Below the pieces are notes generated by a model, which was given only the letters and a program-made list of their open reading frames with translations, was not told the DNA's origin and did not search any database. From IMG/VR virus record IMGVR_UViG_3300027151_000003: a stretch of DNA of 64,000 nucleotides. One strand, written 5' to 3'. This stretch comes from an uncultured virus (IMG/VR IMGVR_UViG_3300027151_000003) (lineage: Duplodnaviria; Heunggongvirae; Uroviricota; Caudoviricetes). Below, in pieces: positions 1 to 7,536 of the stretch. A program made the translations under genes and the position numbers. Numbering within the stretch: the stretch's first letter is position 1; each line of letters opens with the position of its first letter.

Positions 1-27
1 ATTCAACACAAACATTCGGGCATGAAA

Positions 28-58
28 TAAGCCTACCGCCCATGCAACGGTAGGCTTA
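28..58 (-). terminator. Intrinsic terminator of the 94-615 unit; adjacent CAACACAAAC (4-13) is the right arm of a truncated cassette hairpin
   Basis: TAAGCCTACCG-loop-CGGTAGGCTTA stem followed on the minus strand by TTT. Confidence 0.7.
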
Positions 59-93
59 CCTCTCTTATCGCCAAAGGGGAAGGGATAAGGTTG

Positions 94-615
94 TTAGCAG
101 ATTTGGAATCCACCGCTATCGCGGAGAAACTCTGCAAACTCTCGTATATTGTCCTCTGTTAGTGGGTAATGACTAGCAAAGGGTTCTGTTTTTCCGAAAC
201 CGCGACACCCATTACATGTGCCATGCGTTCTTCCTACCAAGATAGCAATATCTTCGGTCAGTTCTTTGGTTGGCATACCACCTTCAACGCCAATCTTATC
301 TTCTCTGATACCTGAACCTTCACAGATACGGCAGGTATCCCATTCTAGTTGGGCTATCTCCATATCTCGTTCCTTGATATATGCGAGCGCCTCACCGCTT
401 TCTAATTTTAGAAGCAACAATAGGCTTAGCGCCTGTGCTTCCTCTGCGGTCTTTAGCCCATCTCCGTCGTTAGAGTGCCCATGTGGCACTCTCGCCTCTA
501 GAGTGCTATCTACTTCACAGCAGTAATCCCATAGTGGTCGCCACCACCATACATTATTACGGAAATACTCACCGCGCTCGCTAGTTGGAGCGATACCATA
601 TACATCCATACCCAT
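94..615 (-). CDS. Phage hypothetical protein with DnaJ-like CxxCxGxG zinc-finger pair
   Basis: CRICEGSG and CNGCRGFG motifs; GGAG RBS. Confidence 0.75.
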   Translation of the reverse strand: MGMDVYGIAPTSERGEYFRNNVWWWRPLWDYCCEVDSTLEARVPHGHSNDGDGLKTAEEAQALSLLLLLKLESGEALAYIKERDMEIAQLEWDTCRICEGSGIREDKIGVEGGMPTKELTEDIAILVGRTHGTCNGCRGFGKTEPFASHYPLTEDNIREFAEFLRDSGGFQIC

Positions 616-624
616 AGTCGTCTC

Positions 625-774
625 CTAGTCTTGGTATTGGAAACGGACATAGTTGTCGTCTCCGTCGTCTTGTAGGTTGGTATAAATAACTAACTGTCCG
701 TCATTGTCCATATCTATAGAGTAATCAGGGCAGATAGTTGCTAATAGGGTTCTGAAGTCGTATCCCTTTATCAC
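625..774 (-). CDS. Small acidic hypothetical protein (49 aa, not in ORF track)
   Basis: GTG overlapping the upstream TGA, GAGGT RBS; MIKGYDFRTLLATICPDYSIDMDNDGQLVIYTNL... Confidence 0.65.
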   Translation of the reverse strand: MIKGYDFRTLLATICPDYSIDMDNDGQLVIYTNLQDDGDDNYVRFQYQD

Positions 775-995
775 TTTGCCACCTCTATCATCATATGTGT
801 CCAGCCCTCGTTACATTTATCCATAACAGGGATAAGACTATCGCCTACACATTCCATACCAGCCTGAGCGAGTGCCTCATTGGGCACTCCACTTGTGGCA
901 TATTCGAGATACTTGTGTTCCTCGATACATACATTGAAGTTGATAGCGAATGGTATCTCTACCATTTTTACGCCGTTGATAACCTTAGTCGTCAT
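771..995 (-). CDS. Hypothetical protein
   Basis: GGAG RBS, tight packing in minus-strand operon. Confidence 0.7.
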   Translation of the reverse strand: MTTKVINGVKMVEIPFAINFNVCIEEHKYLEYATSGVPNEALAQAGMECVGDSLIPVMDKCNEGWTHMMIEVAK

Positions 996-1491
996 TGTCT
1001 TGTTCTCCCTTTAGTAGTGAGATGATTTGCTCATCTTGTTCCTCGTCCATAATCATATATGGGTCAAACTTGCCGAACTTCTTGGCGAACGCATTAGGAC
1101 GAAGCACTAGGCTGATGTCCTCAGGTAGGTCTATATCATAAACCGCGCTAACCTTACCAGCCACGCCCAATAGGCTTAGTAGTGGTTGGAACGCACCCAT
1201 ACCCCAAGCGGTGTGGATAGCGATAGATAGTGCTGATAGGTCGTCCTCGCTAGGCTCGTTTTCCTTACTTAGCGGTTCTAACGCAGTATTGGCGAGCGCA
1301 TTGACGAGTTTCATCTGAAACTCCTCTTTCTCCTTGAATACTTGGCACATAATCGCGCTCTTTAGTCTGCCGTCTGATAGCCCTAGTGTTCCTTGCGGTA
1401 GCATAGGATTATCTTCTTCTTCATCTTGTAGATGTATTGCGGATATGATTTCCGAAAAGCGATACTTTCGCTCATCTCTCGTCATAGTCAT
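985..1491 (-). CDS. Hypothetical protein
   Basis: 168 aa ORF, strong AAGGAG RBS downstream of cassette promoter. Confidence 0.75.
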   Translation of the reverse strand: MTMTRDERKYRFSEIISAIHLQDEEEDNPMLPQGTLGLSDGRLKSAIMCQVFKEKEEFQMKLVNALANTALEPLSKENEPSEDDLSALSIAIHTAWGMGAFQPLLSLLGVAGKVSAVYDIDLPEDISLVLRPNAFAKKFGKFDPYMIMDEEQDEQIISLLKGEQDNDD

Positions 1492-1525
1492 AGGTATATC
1501 TCCTTATCCCTTTGGTGCGGTTACT

Positions 1526-1744
1526 AATTTACCCTATCTCTTTCATATAGGGAATACTCTTATGGTTACAGTTGTATAACGATTTCTCGTAGGTTATCCA
1601 CAGGCAAAGTTTGTGTTGGGCTTGCTTAGCGCTTTTATAGCTACGCTATAAAAGCATATAAAGCAGTAATAGCTAAGCAAGCCCAACACAAACAATAGTC
1701 TTACGGCAGAAAGAAGCCCCCTGCCACGTGACAGGGGGCTTATT
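1526..1744 (-). repeat. Regulatory cassette unit 1 (promoter, direct repeat, DnaA box, long hairpin, terminator)
   Basis: -10 TAAATT 1526-31; GTTAC-N6-ATAAC 1565-80; TTATCCACA 1594-1602; 22-bp inverted arms 1609-30/1672-93; terminator ~1714-1742. Confidence 0.85.
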
Positions 1745-1757
1745 AGTAGAGGGGCTA

Positions 1758-2252
1758 CTAATCCTCGTTTTCTTCGGCGCTGACCTCGATGTTGTCGCGC
1801 AGGATACCGCTGAAGTCGACGTAGTAACTGTCGTCGGTGACTGTAGCGGAAGCGTCCTCCCCAAGGGCGCTAACTGTAAAGTTGACCTCGATATCTGAGA
1901 AGTCAATTTCTTCAGTAACCTTATCGCAGGCGTCGTCCTCAGAGTCAGCCTCGACATTTTCAACGAACAGGATACTGTCGCCGAATAGGGTTACTGTTAC
2001 ATTGTATGTAACTGCAATCTGTGATACATGTGTCCAACGATTTTCGTCGGCTATTTTGTTGTAAAGTTCAACGGCGTAATCCTTGGACATGTTGCCATGA
2101 CCAATCTCGCGCTTGAATACAGTAATAAGACTATCCTGTATCTGTCCCTCTACTCGTGCGGTGACATTCTCAACGCACTGCTTTTCCCAAACTATCTTCA
2201 GTTCGGTAACGTCACTCTCACCATAGAGAGTAACTCCGTCTTGGATAATCAC
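1758..2252 (-). CDS. Acidic hypothetical protein
   Basis: 164 aa D/E-rich ORF bounded by cassette promoter and terminator. Confidence 0.75.
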   Translation of the reverse strand: MIIQDGVTLYGESDVTELKIVWEKQCVENVTARVEGQIQDSLITVFKREIGHGNMSKDYAVELYNKIADENRWTHVSQIAVTYNVTVTLFGDSILFVENVEADSEDDACDKVTEEIDFSDIEVNFTVSALGEDASATVTDDSYYVDFSGILRDNIEVSAEENED

Positions 2253-2291
2253 TTTATCCCCTCTTCTCTGTAGGTATTTCCTACATGTCCT

Positions 2292-2497
2292 AATCTAATA
2301 GTAAGTAGTCTCTCGTGCAAACCAATACGGTAAATTTTTGATAACGTTTCCAGGGAAGTTATCCACAGGCTGCCAGAGTTTGTGTTGGGCTATCTGGCTA
2401 TCAACTAATACATTAATTGATAGAAAAGTTTCATTGCCAGCCAGATAGCCCAACACAAACAAAGATAGCCCTAGCGGTGTTCTGCGCTAGGGCTATC
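2292..2497 (-). repeat. Regulatory cassette unit 2
   Basis: TTGCAC-17-TAGATT (2320-2292); ATAAC 2341-45; TTATCCACA 2359-67; 22-bp arms 2378-99/2439-60; terminator 2464-97. Confidence 0.85.
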
Positions 2498-2523
2498 GGG
2501 TATTTCTCCGTGGGGGGAGAAAT

Positions 2524-2919
2524 TTACAGGAGCGAGGTGTCTATAGACTCGCTGATTGCTTTTAGTCGTCGTGCATAGAGACGCGCTAGAGACTTATACT
2601 TATCGCGCTCTGCGATAAGGTCATCTATCGTGCGTTGGACTTCACCGACGGCAGCTTCACGGCGCTCGGACTTAGTCATCTTGCGGACTACCTTAGGCTT
2701 ACGCTTTCCGTCTTTACCATTGTGGATACCCACATGGATAGACATCTGCGGTTGTGAAGATTGAATGACGCCACAGGTATTACAACCATAATTGGTTATA
2801 ACCTCATTGGCTTCATTGAGCCATGTTAGTTTCGACATGGATGTAAAGAACTTGCCTGCCCGCATTGGGTTAGGCACAGTATCAGTAATTACGAGAATTG
2901 CATTTGGCATTGAGAACAC
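2524..2919 (-). CDS. Putative C2H2 zinc-finger plus coiled-coil protein
   Basis: CNTC-x12-HVGIH motif, basic linker, C-terminal heptads. Confidence 0.65.
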   Translation of the reverse strand: MFSMPNAILVITDTVPNPMRAGKFFTSMSKLTWLNEANEVITNYGCNTCGVIQSSQPQMSIHVGIHNGKDGKRKPKVVRKMTKSERREAAVGEVQRTIDDLIAERDKYKSLARLYARRLKAISESIDTSLL

Positions 2920-3027
2920 TTATATCACCCCCCATCCTATTAGTTACACTCTCACCTTATTGACGTTCAATAAGAGGTTATTCATGATTGCTCCTCTTCT
3001 ATGAACAGTATCTCTGCTCATGTAGTT

Positions 3028-3219
3028 ACTCTAACATTGAGTGGCGCAAATATCTTCCCCCATTTGGTTACAGCTTTATAACGATTCCAGGAGACTTATC
3101 CACAGGCAATGTTTGTGCTGGGGCTTTATATATAGGCAGGAAACGACAACTACCCTGCCTATAAGCCATATAAAGCCCCAGCACAAACAAATGAGCCCCC
3201 AGCTTTTGGCTGGGGGCTC
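3028..3219 (-). repeat. Regulatory cassette unit 3
   Basis: Extended -10 TGnTAGAGT; GTTAC-N6-ATAAC 3067-82; TTATCCACA 3096-3104; 21-bp arms 3111-31/3168-88; terminator 3193-3219. Confidence 0.85.
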
Positions 3220-3233
3220 GCTTGCTTATCCTA

Positions 3234-4241
3234 CTAGGCGCTCGCGAACTCGCGGACGGCAGAGAGAATACGTGCCTTCTCGGCATTGACCATTGCATCA
3301 AAGCCTGATGCAGCAGCGACGATTGCCTCGCCATTGGCGGTGCGTGATGGGCGGTAGTAATCTAGGCGCTCAGTCATAGCGTTTAGAGCACCCCATGCGG
3401 TGCCACGGATACCATCTTGAGTTGGTGCCTTGAAATACAATTCATCAAGGACGTCCATCTTTTGCTGGTGCTTGGTAGCAGTGCCTTTTGGCGCATTATC
3501 GTCCAAAGGATAGATTGACTTTACAAGGTCGCTCCATTGCTTGGCGTTCATCTCGGTCTCGAAGAGAGCCTTTGCCATGGTTTCGAATTCATCCATGTGT
3601 GCGAATGTTAGCCCTAGGACTCGGCGAGCCTCGGCTACGCGACCCTCAACTTTCAAAGTGTGGCGCACTTTGAATGATTGCTTAGTTGAGCGTAGCGCCA
3701 TGTTGAGAGTGTTCTGGCAGACAACACGCACGGGCGTGATTGAGGCTTGAACACTTGCAGAGCCATCGTGTGAAGAGTGGACTAGCAGATAAGTCGTAGT
3801 CTTATCGGCGATGCCATCTGCATCAAGAATAAACTCACGAGGCACGACCAAAGAGCCAAAGACAACTTTGCCATCTTTGATTGAGCCAGCAGACTCCCAT
3901 GATGCGCCACCATCTAGGATGTTATCGCCAAAGTCGAAGAGGTCCTCGTTTTGGAATACGCGGTAACGGTCTCCCACAACGGCGAGCACGTCGGTGCCTT
4001 GGTCGGCAGGATTGGTGCGGACAACATAATTCATGTTGCCCTTGGTGCGGTATCCATCTGGATACACGCAAGGCTCAAGGCGGACGTCCCAGTCCTTGAG
4101 CATAGCGCCCTTGAGCATGTCGGCGGTTGATATATCCGCATCCACGTCAAAGGTGGCATTGGCTAAGCCATGCCACGCAGGGGCGCCACGCAGGGCAAAT
4201 GCAACTTGCCCATTGTCGAATTCTTCTAAGGCATGAGCCAT
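3234..4241 (-). CDS. DUF932 (TIGR03299 phage/plasmid-like) family protein
   Basis: PAWHGL, VGDRYRVFQN, SHDGS, TPVRVVCQNTL, GTAWGALNAMTE motifs. Confidence 0.9.
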   Translation of the reverse strand: MAHALEEFDNGQVAFALRGAPAWHGLANATFDVDADISTADMLKGAMLKDWDVRLEPCVYPDGYRTKGNMNYVVRTNPADQGTDVLAVVGDRYRVFQNEDLFDFGDNILDGGASWESAGSIKDGKVVFGSLVVPREFILDADGIADKTTTYLLVHSSHDGSASVQASITPVRVVCQNTLNMALRSTKQSFKVRHTLKVEGRVAEARRVLGLTFAHMDEFETMAKALFETEMNAKQWSDLVKSIYPLDDNAPKGTATKHQQKMDVLDELYFKAPTQDGIRGTAWGALNAMTERLDYYRPSRTANGEAIVAAASGFDAMVNAEKARILSAVREFASA

Positions 4242-4288
4242 GAGAATTCTCCCCTTTCGATAATACTAAGCGGGTGCCTAGTAAGCCC

Positions 4289-4497
4289 ATCTTATGCGAG
4301 CGCCAGCATTATTGTCTACTCTCGGTTGATTACGTTTCTATAACAATCTCATCCACAGCCTGTGGATAACCCTGTGGAAAAGTTTGTGTTGGGGCTTATG
4401 GGGCACAGGATATAGCTGCTTTAGCGTTGCTATATCCAGCCCCAATCCATAAGCCCCAACACAAACAAATCAGCCCCAGCCAATTGGCTGGGGCTGA
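4289..4497 (-). repeat. Regulatory cassette unit 4 (three DnaA-type boxes)
   Basis: TAGACA-18-TAAGAT; ATTAC-N6-ATAAC 4329-44; boxes at 4349-57, 4361-69, 4373-81; 20-bp arms 4382-4401/4447-66; terminator 4470-97. Confidence 0.85.
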
Positions 4498-4508
4498 GTC
4501 GTAGGGGA

Positions 4509-4811
4509 TTATGCCACTAACCTTTCGGCTAGCGCACGACGGATATAAGTTTGCGTTTTGCTGGTAGTAGGTGAGAACTTTTGTTTTACGATATACCAGC
4601 CATTTGCGCCAAACCATGCGATAGGCGTAGCGTAGGAGAAGATTACATACGCGCCAGGCTTGAAGTCTGCCACTAGCTTGTTGTATTCATCACCTAACCT
4701 TCCCGCGCTGGGTGTGTAGTTGTAATACTTACCGCTTAGGCTTGACGCTTCAAACGGCTCGCGGTTTGGTATGCGCTCCATCGCTACTTTTTGGCTAACG
4801 TGAAGTTTCAT
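4509..4811 (-). CDS. Conserved phage hypothetical protein (YVIFSYATPIAW...SPTTSK type)
   Basis: ATG 4811 with GGAGG RBS; motif typical of early phage proteins. Confidence 0.7.
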   Translation of the reverse strand: MKLHVSQKVAMERIPNREPFEASSLSGKYYNYTPSAGRLGDEYNKLVADFKPGAYVIFSYATPIAWFGANGWYIVKQKFSPTTSKTQTYIRRALAERLVA

Positions 4812-5031
4812 TGTATTTGACCTCCTCGCGGTATTGTTCTGCAAGATAGTCTGCGTGTGCGTCTGCGTAATACGAATTCGTGTCGTATTCCCAGCGCTCG
4901 CGCTCGTCTGCACTTCCTTCACTATAACCACGGAACCAGCCCGCACGATAAGCGAAGTATCCAGCAATACACGCGACGAGAATGTCCACGAGTAAGTTGA
5001 AACCATTGTAGAAGATAATTTCATTACGCAT
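4795..5031 (-). CDS. Small membrane protein
   Basis: One hydrophobic helix followed by GWFRGYSEG. Confidence 0.65.
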   Translation of the reverse strand: MRNEIIFYNGFNLLVDILVACIAGYFAYRAGWFRGYSEGSADERERWEYDTNSYYADAHADYLAEQYREEVKYNETSR

Positions 5032-5164
5032 TTACCTTCCTCGCTTCCTCGTTAGCGCACGGATAGCAGATTTTTTCTATTCTATCCATGCAACCTAATA
5101 GAAACGCATCCACGCCACTAAATACGATTCCTTCATCTGTTCCACATATTGAACACTTGTTCAT
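5024..5164 (-). CDS. Small CxxC...CxxC protein (46 aa, not in ORF track)
   Basis: MNKCSICG...ICYPCANEE; AAGGGG RBS. Confidence 0.65.
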   Translation of the reverse strand: MNKCSICGTDEGIVFSGVDAFLLGCMDRIEKICYPCANEEARKVNA

Positions 5165-5207
5165 TTCTAACCCCTTTACTATAAACGCCCCTTGCGCTTA
5201 TGAGATA

Positions 5208-5402
5208 AGACTATTACACGGCGCCAGCAATACGCAAGGCGACACGATTACATTTCTATAACGTTTTTACTATAGTTATCCACAGGCTCTCTCTGTAGTA
5301 GTGGGTTCGTTTGCCTTACCCTAAGCCAATGTTTGTGTTGGCCCACCCTCCCCATTCCCCTACGGGGAATCGAGAGAAGCGAGGGGGGAAGTCCTCGCTT
5401 CT
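5208..5402 (-). repeat. Regulatory cassette unit 5 (degenerate: only left hairpin arm)
   Basis: TTGCGT-18-TAGTCT; ATTAC-N6-ATAAC 5247-62; TTATCCACA 5276-84; lone GTTTGTGTTGG 5331-41; stem-loop 5375-5402. Confidence 0.75.
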
Positions 5403-5406
5403 AACC

Positions 5407-5664
5407 TTATCCTTCCTGTGACTTGATTAGTTCCAGGTTTTCTAAAGCTTCCTCTGCATACTCGGTCACTCGTTCCACGTAGTGGCAGTCCACGTGTGAG
5501 CCGTCGCAACGGCTACAGTCTGACCCCTTCACTATGTAACTCGTGCCTTGGATAATGACCTCGTGTCCGAAGCCTTCTAGGTTGCCGTCCTTGTTGATTG
5601 CATACTCGTGCGCTTGCTCGCTGGTAAACGCCGCGTTGATTAGGTCAATGAATAGTGTGTTCAC
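5407..5664 (-). CDS. Hypothetical protein
   Basis: 85 aa ORF coupled by GTGA overlap. Confidence 0.65.
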   Translation of the reverse strand: MNTLFIDLINAAFTSEQAHEYAINKDGNLEGFGHEVIIQGTSYIVKGSDCSRCDGSHVDCHYVERVTEYAEEALENLELIKSQEG

Positions 5665-5852
5665 TTAGTAAACGCCTTGGTTACTGTGTCGAGCCCCATC
5701 TTGATGGCGTCGCGGTATCCTGCTTGGTATTGTGCAACTGCAACGCTTGAGAGTATCCCTTGGATAGTTTCGCGCTTGTCTGCTGGGACGTGTGATACTA
5801 CTACTGCAATAGCCTCGGCTACTACTTGGCTGACGTTTTCGTTTGTAGACAT
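5661..5852 (-). CDS. Hypothetical protein
   Basis: 63 aa ORF, AAGGGGA RBS, first gene after unit 6 promoter. Confidence 0.7.
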   Translation of the reverse strand: MSTNENVSQVVAEAIAVVVSHVPADKRETIQGILSSVAVAQYQAGYRDAIKMGLDTVTKAFTK

Positions 5853-5896
5853 TTATTTCCCCTTGTTAGGTAGTGAACCCCTTGTTCACTAAGAGA

Positions 5897-6000
5897 ACAC
5901 TATTAGATAGGGCTACCACACGCAAGCCTAGTCGGTCTCGTTTCTATAACGTTTTATCCCCAGTTATCCACACCCCCCACCCTTAGACCTGTGGATAACT
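5897..6000 (-). promoter_or_regulatory. Cassette unit 6: promoter, direct repeat and three DnaA-type boxes at the divergence point
   Basis: TTGCGT-17-TAGTGT; ATAAC 5946-50; TTATCCCCA 5954-62, TTATCCACA 5964-72, TGTGGATAA 5990-98. Confidence 0.8.
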
Positions 6001-6149
6001 AAGGAAGCCACCAGGGAGCAGAAGTAGGTACTTGCTTGGGGGGCAGACAGTAGCCTTAAAAATTTTTAATGAGGTCGGGGAAATATGAGGCAGTAGCCCT
6101 TCTGCGCGTTTGCCCAGTTTAATTTAGAGTGGGACCTTACCCTATGCTT

Positions 6150-6374
6150 ATGAGTTTCAATGAGTTTCTTAGCGATAGCATGGATGTGCCTGGGCGTGTC
6201 GCAAAGTTCGCTAAGTTATTGTTTGGTGATGTAGATAATGGCTGCGGGCGGTTGGAGTACGACGCGATTGCGTGGAAACAGCATTTTATTGATAAACACC
6301 CAGATTCTCCCCAATTGATACATATGTTGGTTTCCTCTTATGTGGCATATATCAAGACCATTAAGAGTAAATAG
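6150..6374 (+). CDS. Hypothetical protein (weakly YozE-like)
   Basis: MSFNEFL... helical protein; start uncertain (6129-6150). Confidence 0.5.
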   Translation: MSFNEFLSDSMDVPGRVAKFAKLLFGDVDNGCGRLEYDAIAWKQHFIDKHPDSPQLIHMLVSSYVAYIKTIKSK

Positions 6375-6388
6375 AGGAGAATGTAAAC

Positions 6389-6619
6389 ATGGATGACATG
6401 AAGACACCTGGACCTAATCACCCTGCTCATAATGGTTTACGCAACCGTGGCGGGGGAGAGAATCGTCGTCACGAATTTTTTGACCAGAACTTATCTGATA
6501 CTGAGAACAACGTTCAGAACGCTCATCACTCAGGAACTAAATCTGCAATCGCGCCGAATGTCACCTCTATGGCCGCTTTCAAGCGTAACAAGGCATCAAG
6601 AAAACCAGAGGGATACTAA
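6389..6619 (+). CDS. Small hypothetical protein
   Basis: GAGGAG RBS, TAATG coupling to next gene. Confidence 0.7.
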   Translation: MDDMKTPGPNHPAHNGLRNRGGGENRRHEFFDQNLSDTENNVQNAHHSGTKSAIAPNVTSMAAFKRNKASRKPEGY

Positions 6620-6882
6620 TGGCAAAGACTCCAGCTTGGCAACGTAAAGAGGGACAGAACAAAGAAGGCGGACTTAATGCAAAGGGCCGTGCTTCAGCTA
6701 AAAAAGAAGGTCACAACCTTAAGCCACCTGTAAGTAAAGAACAAGCAAAGAAATCTCCTAAGTCTGCAGCACGACGTAAGTCATACTGTGCACGTAGCGC
6801 AGGACAAGCAAAAGATTTTCCTAAGGCAGCTAAAGACCCTAACAGTCGTTTAAACAAAGCACGTAGAAAGTGGGATTGCTAA
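6619..6882 (+). CDS. Basic conserved phage protein (DUF6321-like)
   Basis: AWQRKEGQNKEGGLNAKGRAS...RRKSYCAR...DPNSRLNKARRKWDC. Confidence 0.75.
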   Translation: MAKTPAWQRKEGQNKEGGLNAKGRASAKKEGHNLKPPVSKEQAKKSPKSAARRKSYCARSAGQAKDFPKAAKDPNSRLNKARRKWDC

Positions 6883-7145
6883 TGCATGACCCAGCGTTAG
6901 GACGCTCTAAAGCAGAACGTGCATTTGGTAAAGATGCACCTAAGAAAAGTACACCAAAGAAAGGTGTAAACACGGCCAAAGCGCCTTCGTCAAAGGCTAA
7001 GGATAAACGCGGTCGCGTCAATGAATTTCGTGCAGTACATCTTGGTCAGTTTGATGGTCCACGTCCATCTTATGGAAGATACAATGTATCTGAACAAGCT
7101 AGTGATGTTTTAAATCGTTCATTTAGAAATAGAGGAGAAAGATAA
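6882..7145 (+). CDS. Basic hypothetical protein
   Basis: TAATG-coupled, Lys-rich. Confidence 0.7.
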   Translation: MHDPALGRSKAERAFGKDAPKKSTPKKGVNTAKAPSSKAKDKRGRVNEFRAVHLGQFDGPRPSYGRYNVSEQASDVLNRSFRNRGER

Positions 7146-7360
7146 TGATTCCAGCAATTGCAGCAGTTGCAGCCCGTCTAGCACCTATGGCTGCCCGTGT
7201 TGGCGCCTCATCAGCAGGTCAAGCTGCTAAAGCAGGAGCTGTACGAGGAGTAGAAGCAGGCGTAGCGGGACGTGTACAAAACATGGTTCAAGGACGCGAT
7301 AAAGACTCCCAACCTCACTCATCATCACTTAACGGAAGCAACTACCCTAACCCTATCTAA
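7145..7360 (+). CDS. Ala-rich hypothetical protein
   Basis: TAATG-coupled, GAGGAG RBS. Confidence 0.7.
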   Translation: MIPAIAAVAARLAPMAARVGASSAGQAAKAGAVRGVEAGVAGRVQNMVQGRDKDSQPHSSSLNGSNYPNPI

Positions 7361-7536
7361 TGAAAAAGAATAACAACCAGTTCGATATTTGCGAACATTG
7401 CGGCAGATACATAACTGGGGAAGTACACACAGTAAGAACTAAGCTCGGCAATGGGATGGTCTTCCATAAGGACCCACTAGATTGTGCTAAGGCACCAGAG
7501 GTACGAGAGGTTAAAAAACGTGGCGAAGGTTATTAA
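7360..7536 (+). CDS. Small Cys/His protein (58 aa, not in ORF track)
   Basis: TAATG-coupled; MKKNNNQFDICEHCG...FHKDPLDC...KRGEGY. Confidence 0.65.
   Translation: MKKNNNQFDICEHCGRYITGEVHTVRTKLGNGMVFHKDPLDCAKAPEVREVKKRGEGY

Noticed and set aside
1609..4466. Long hairpins as canonical integron attC sites
   Set aside because: Ends are GTTTGTG...CACAAAC, not RYYYAAC...GTTRRRY. Cassettes have their own promoters and terminators, and no integrase is seen in the window. Kept only as an analogy.
1609..4466. MITE or IS insertions
   Set aside because: Interiors are unrelated between copies, no consistent target-site duplication is seen, and position relative to promoters is fixed.
1609..4466. tRNA genes (similar 78-85 nt length)
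   Set aside because: Rod-like fold with no cloverleaf, T-loop GTTCRA or CCA end. No tRNA was recognised anywhere in the window.
1565..6000. CRISPR array or mini-array
   Set aside because: Repeats are 0.7-1.3 kb apart and separated by whole genes; no repeat-spacer periodicity and no cas genes.
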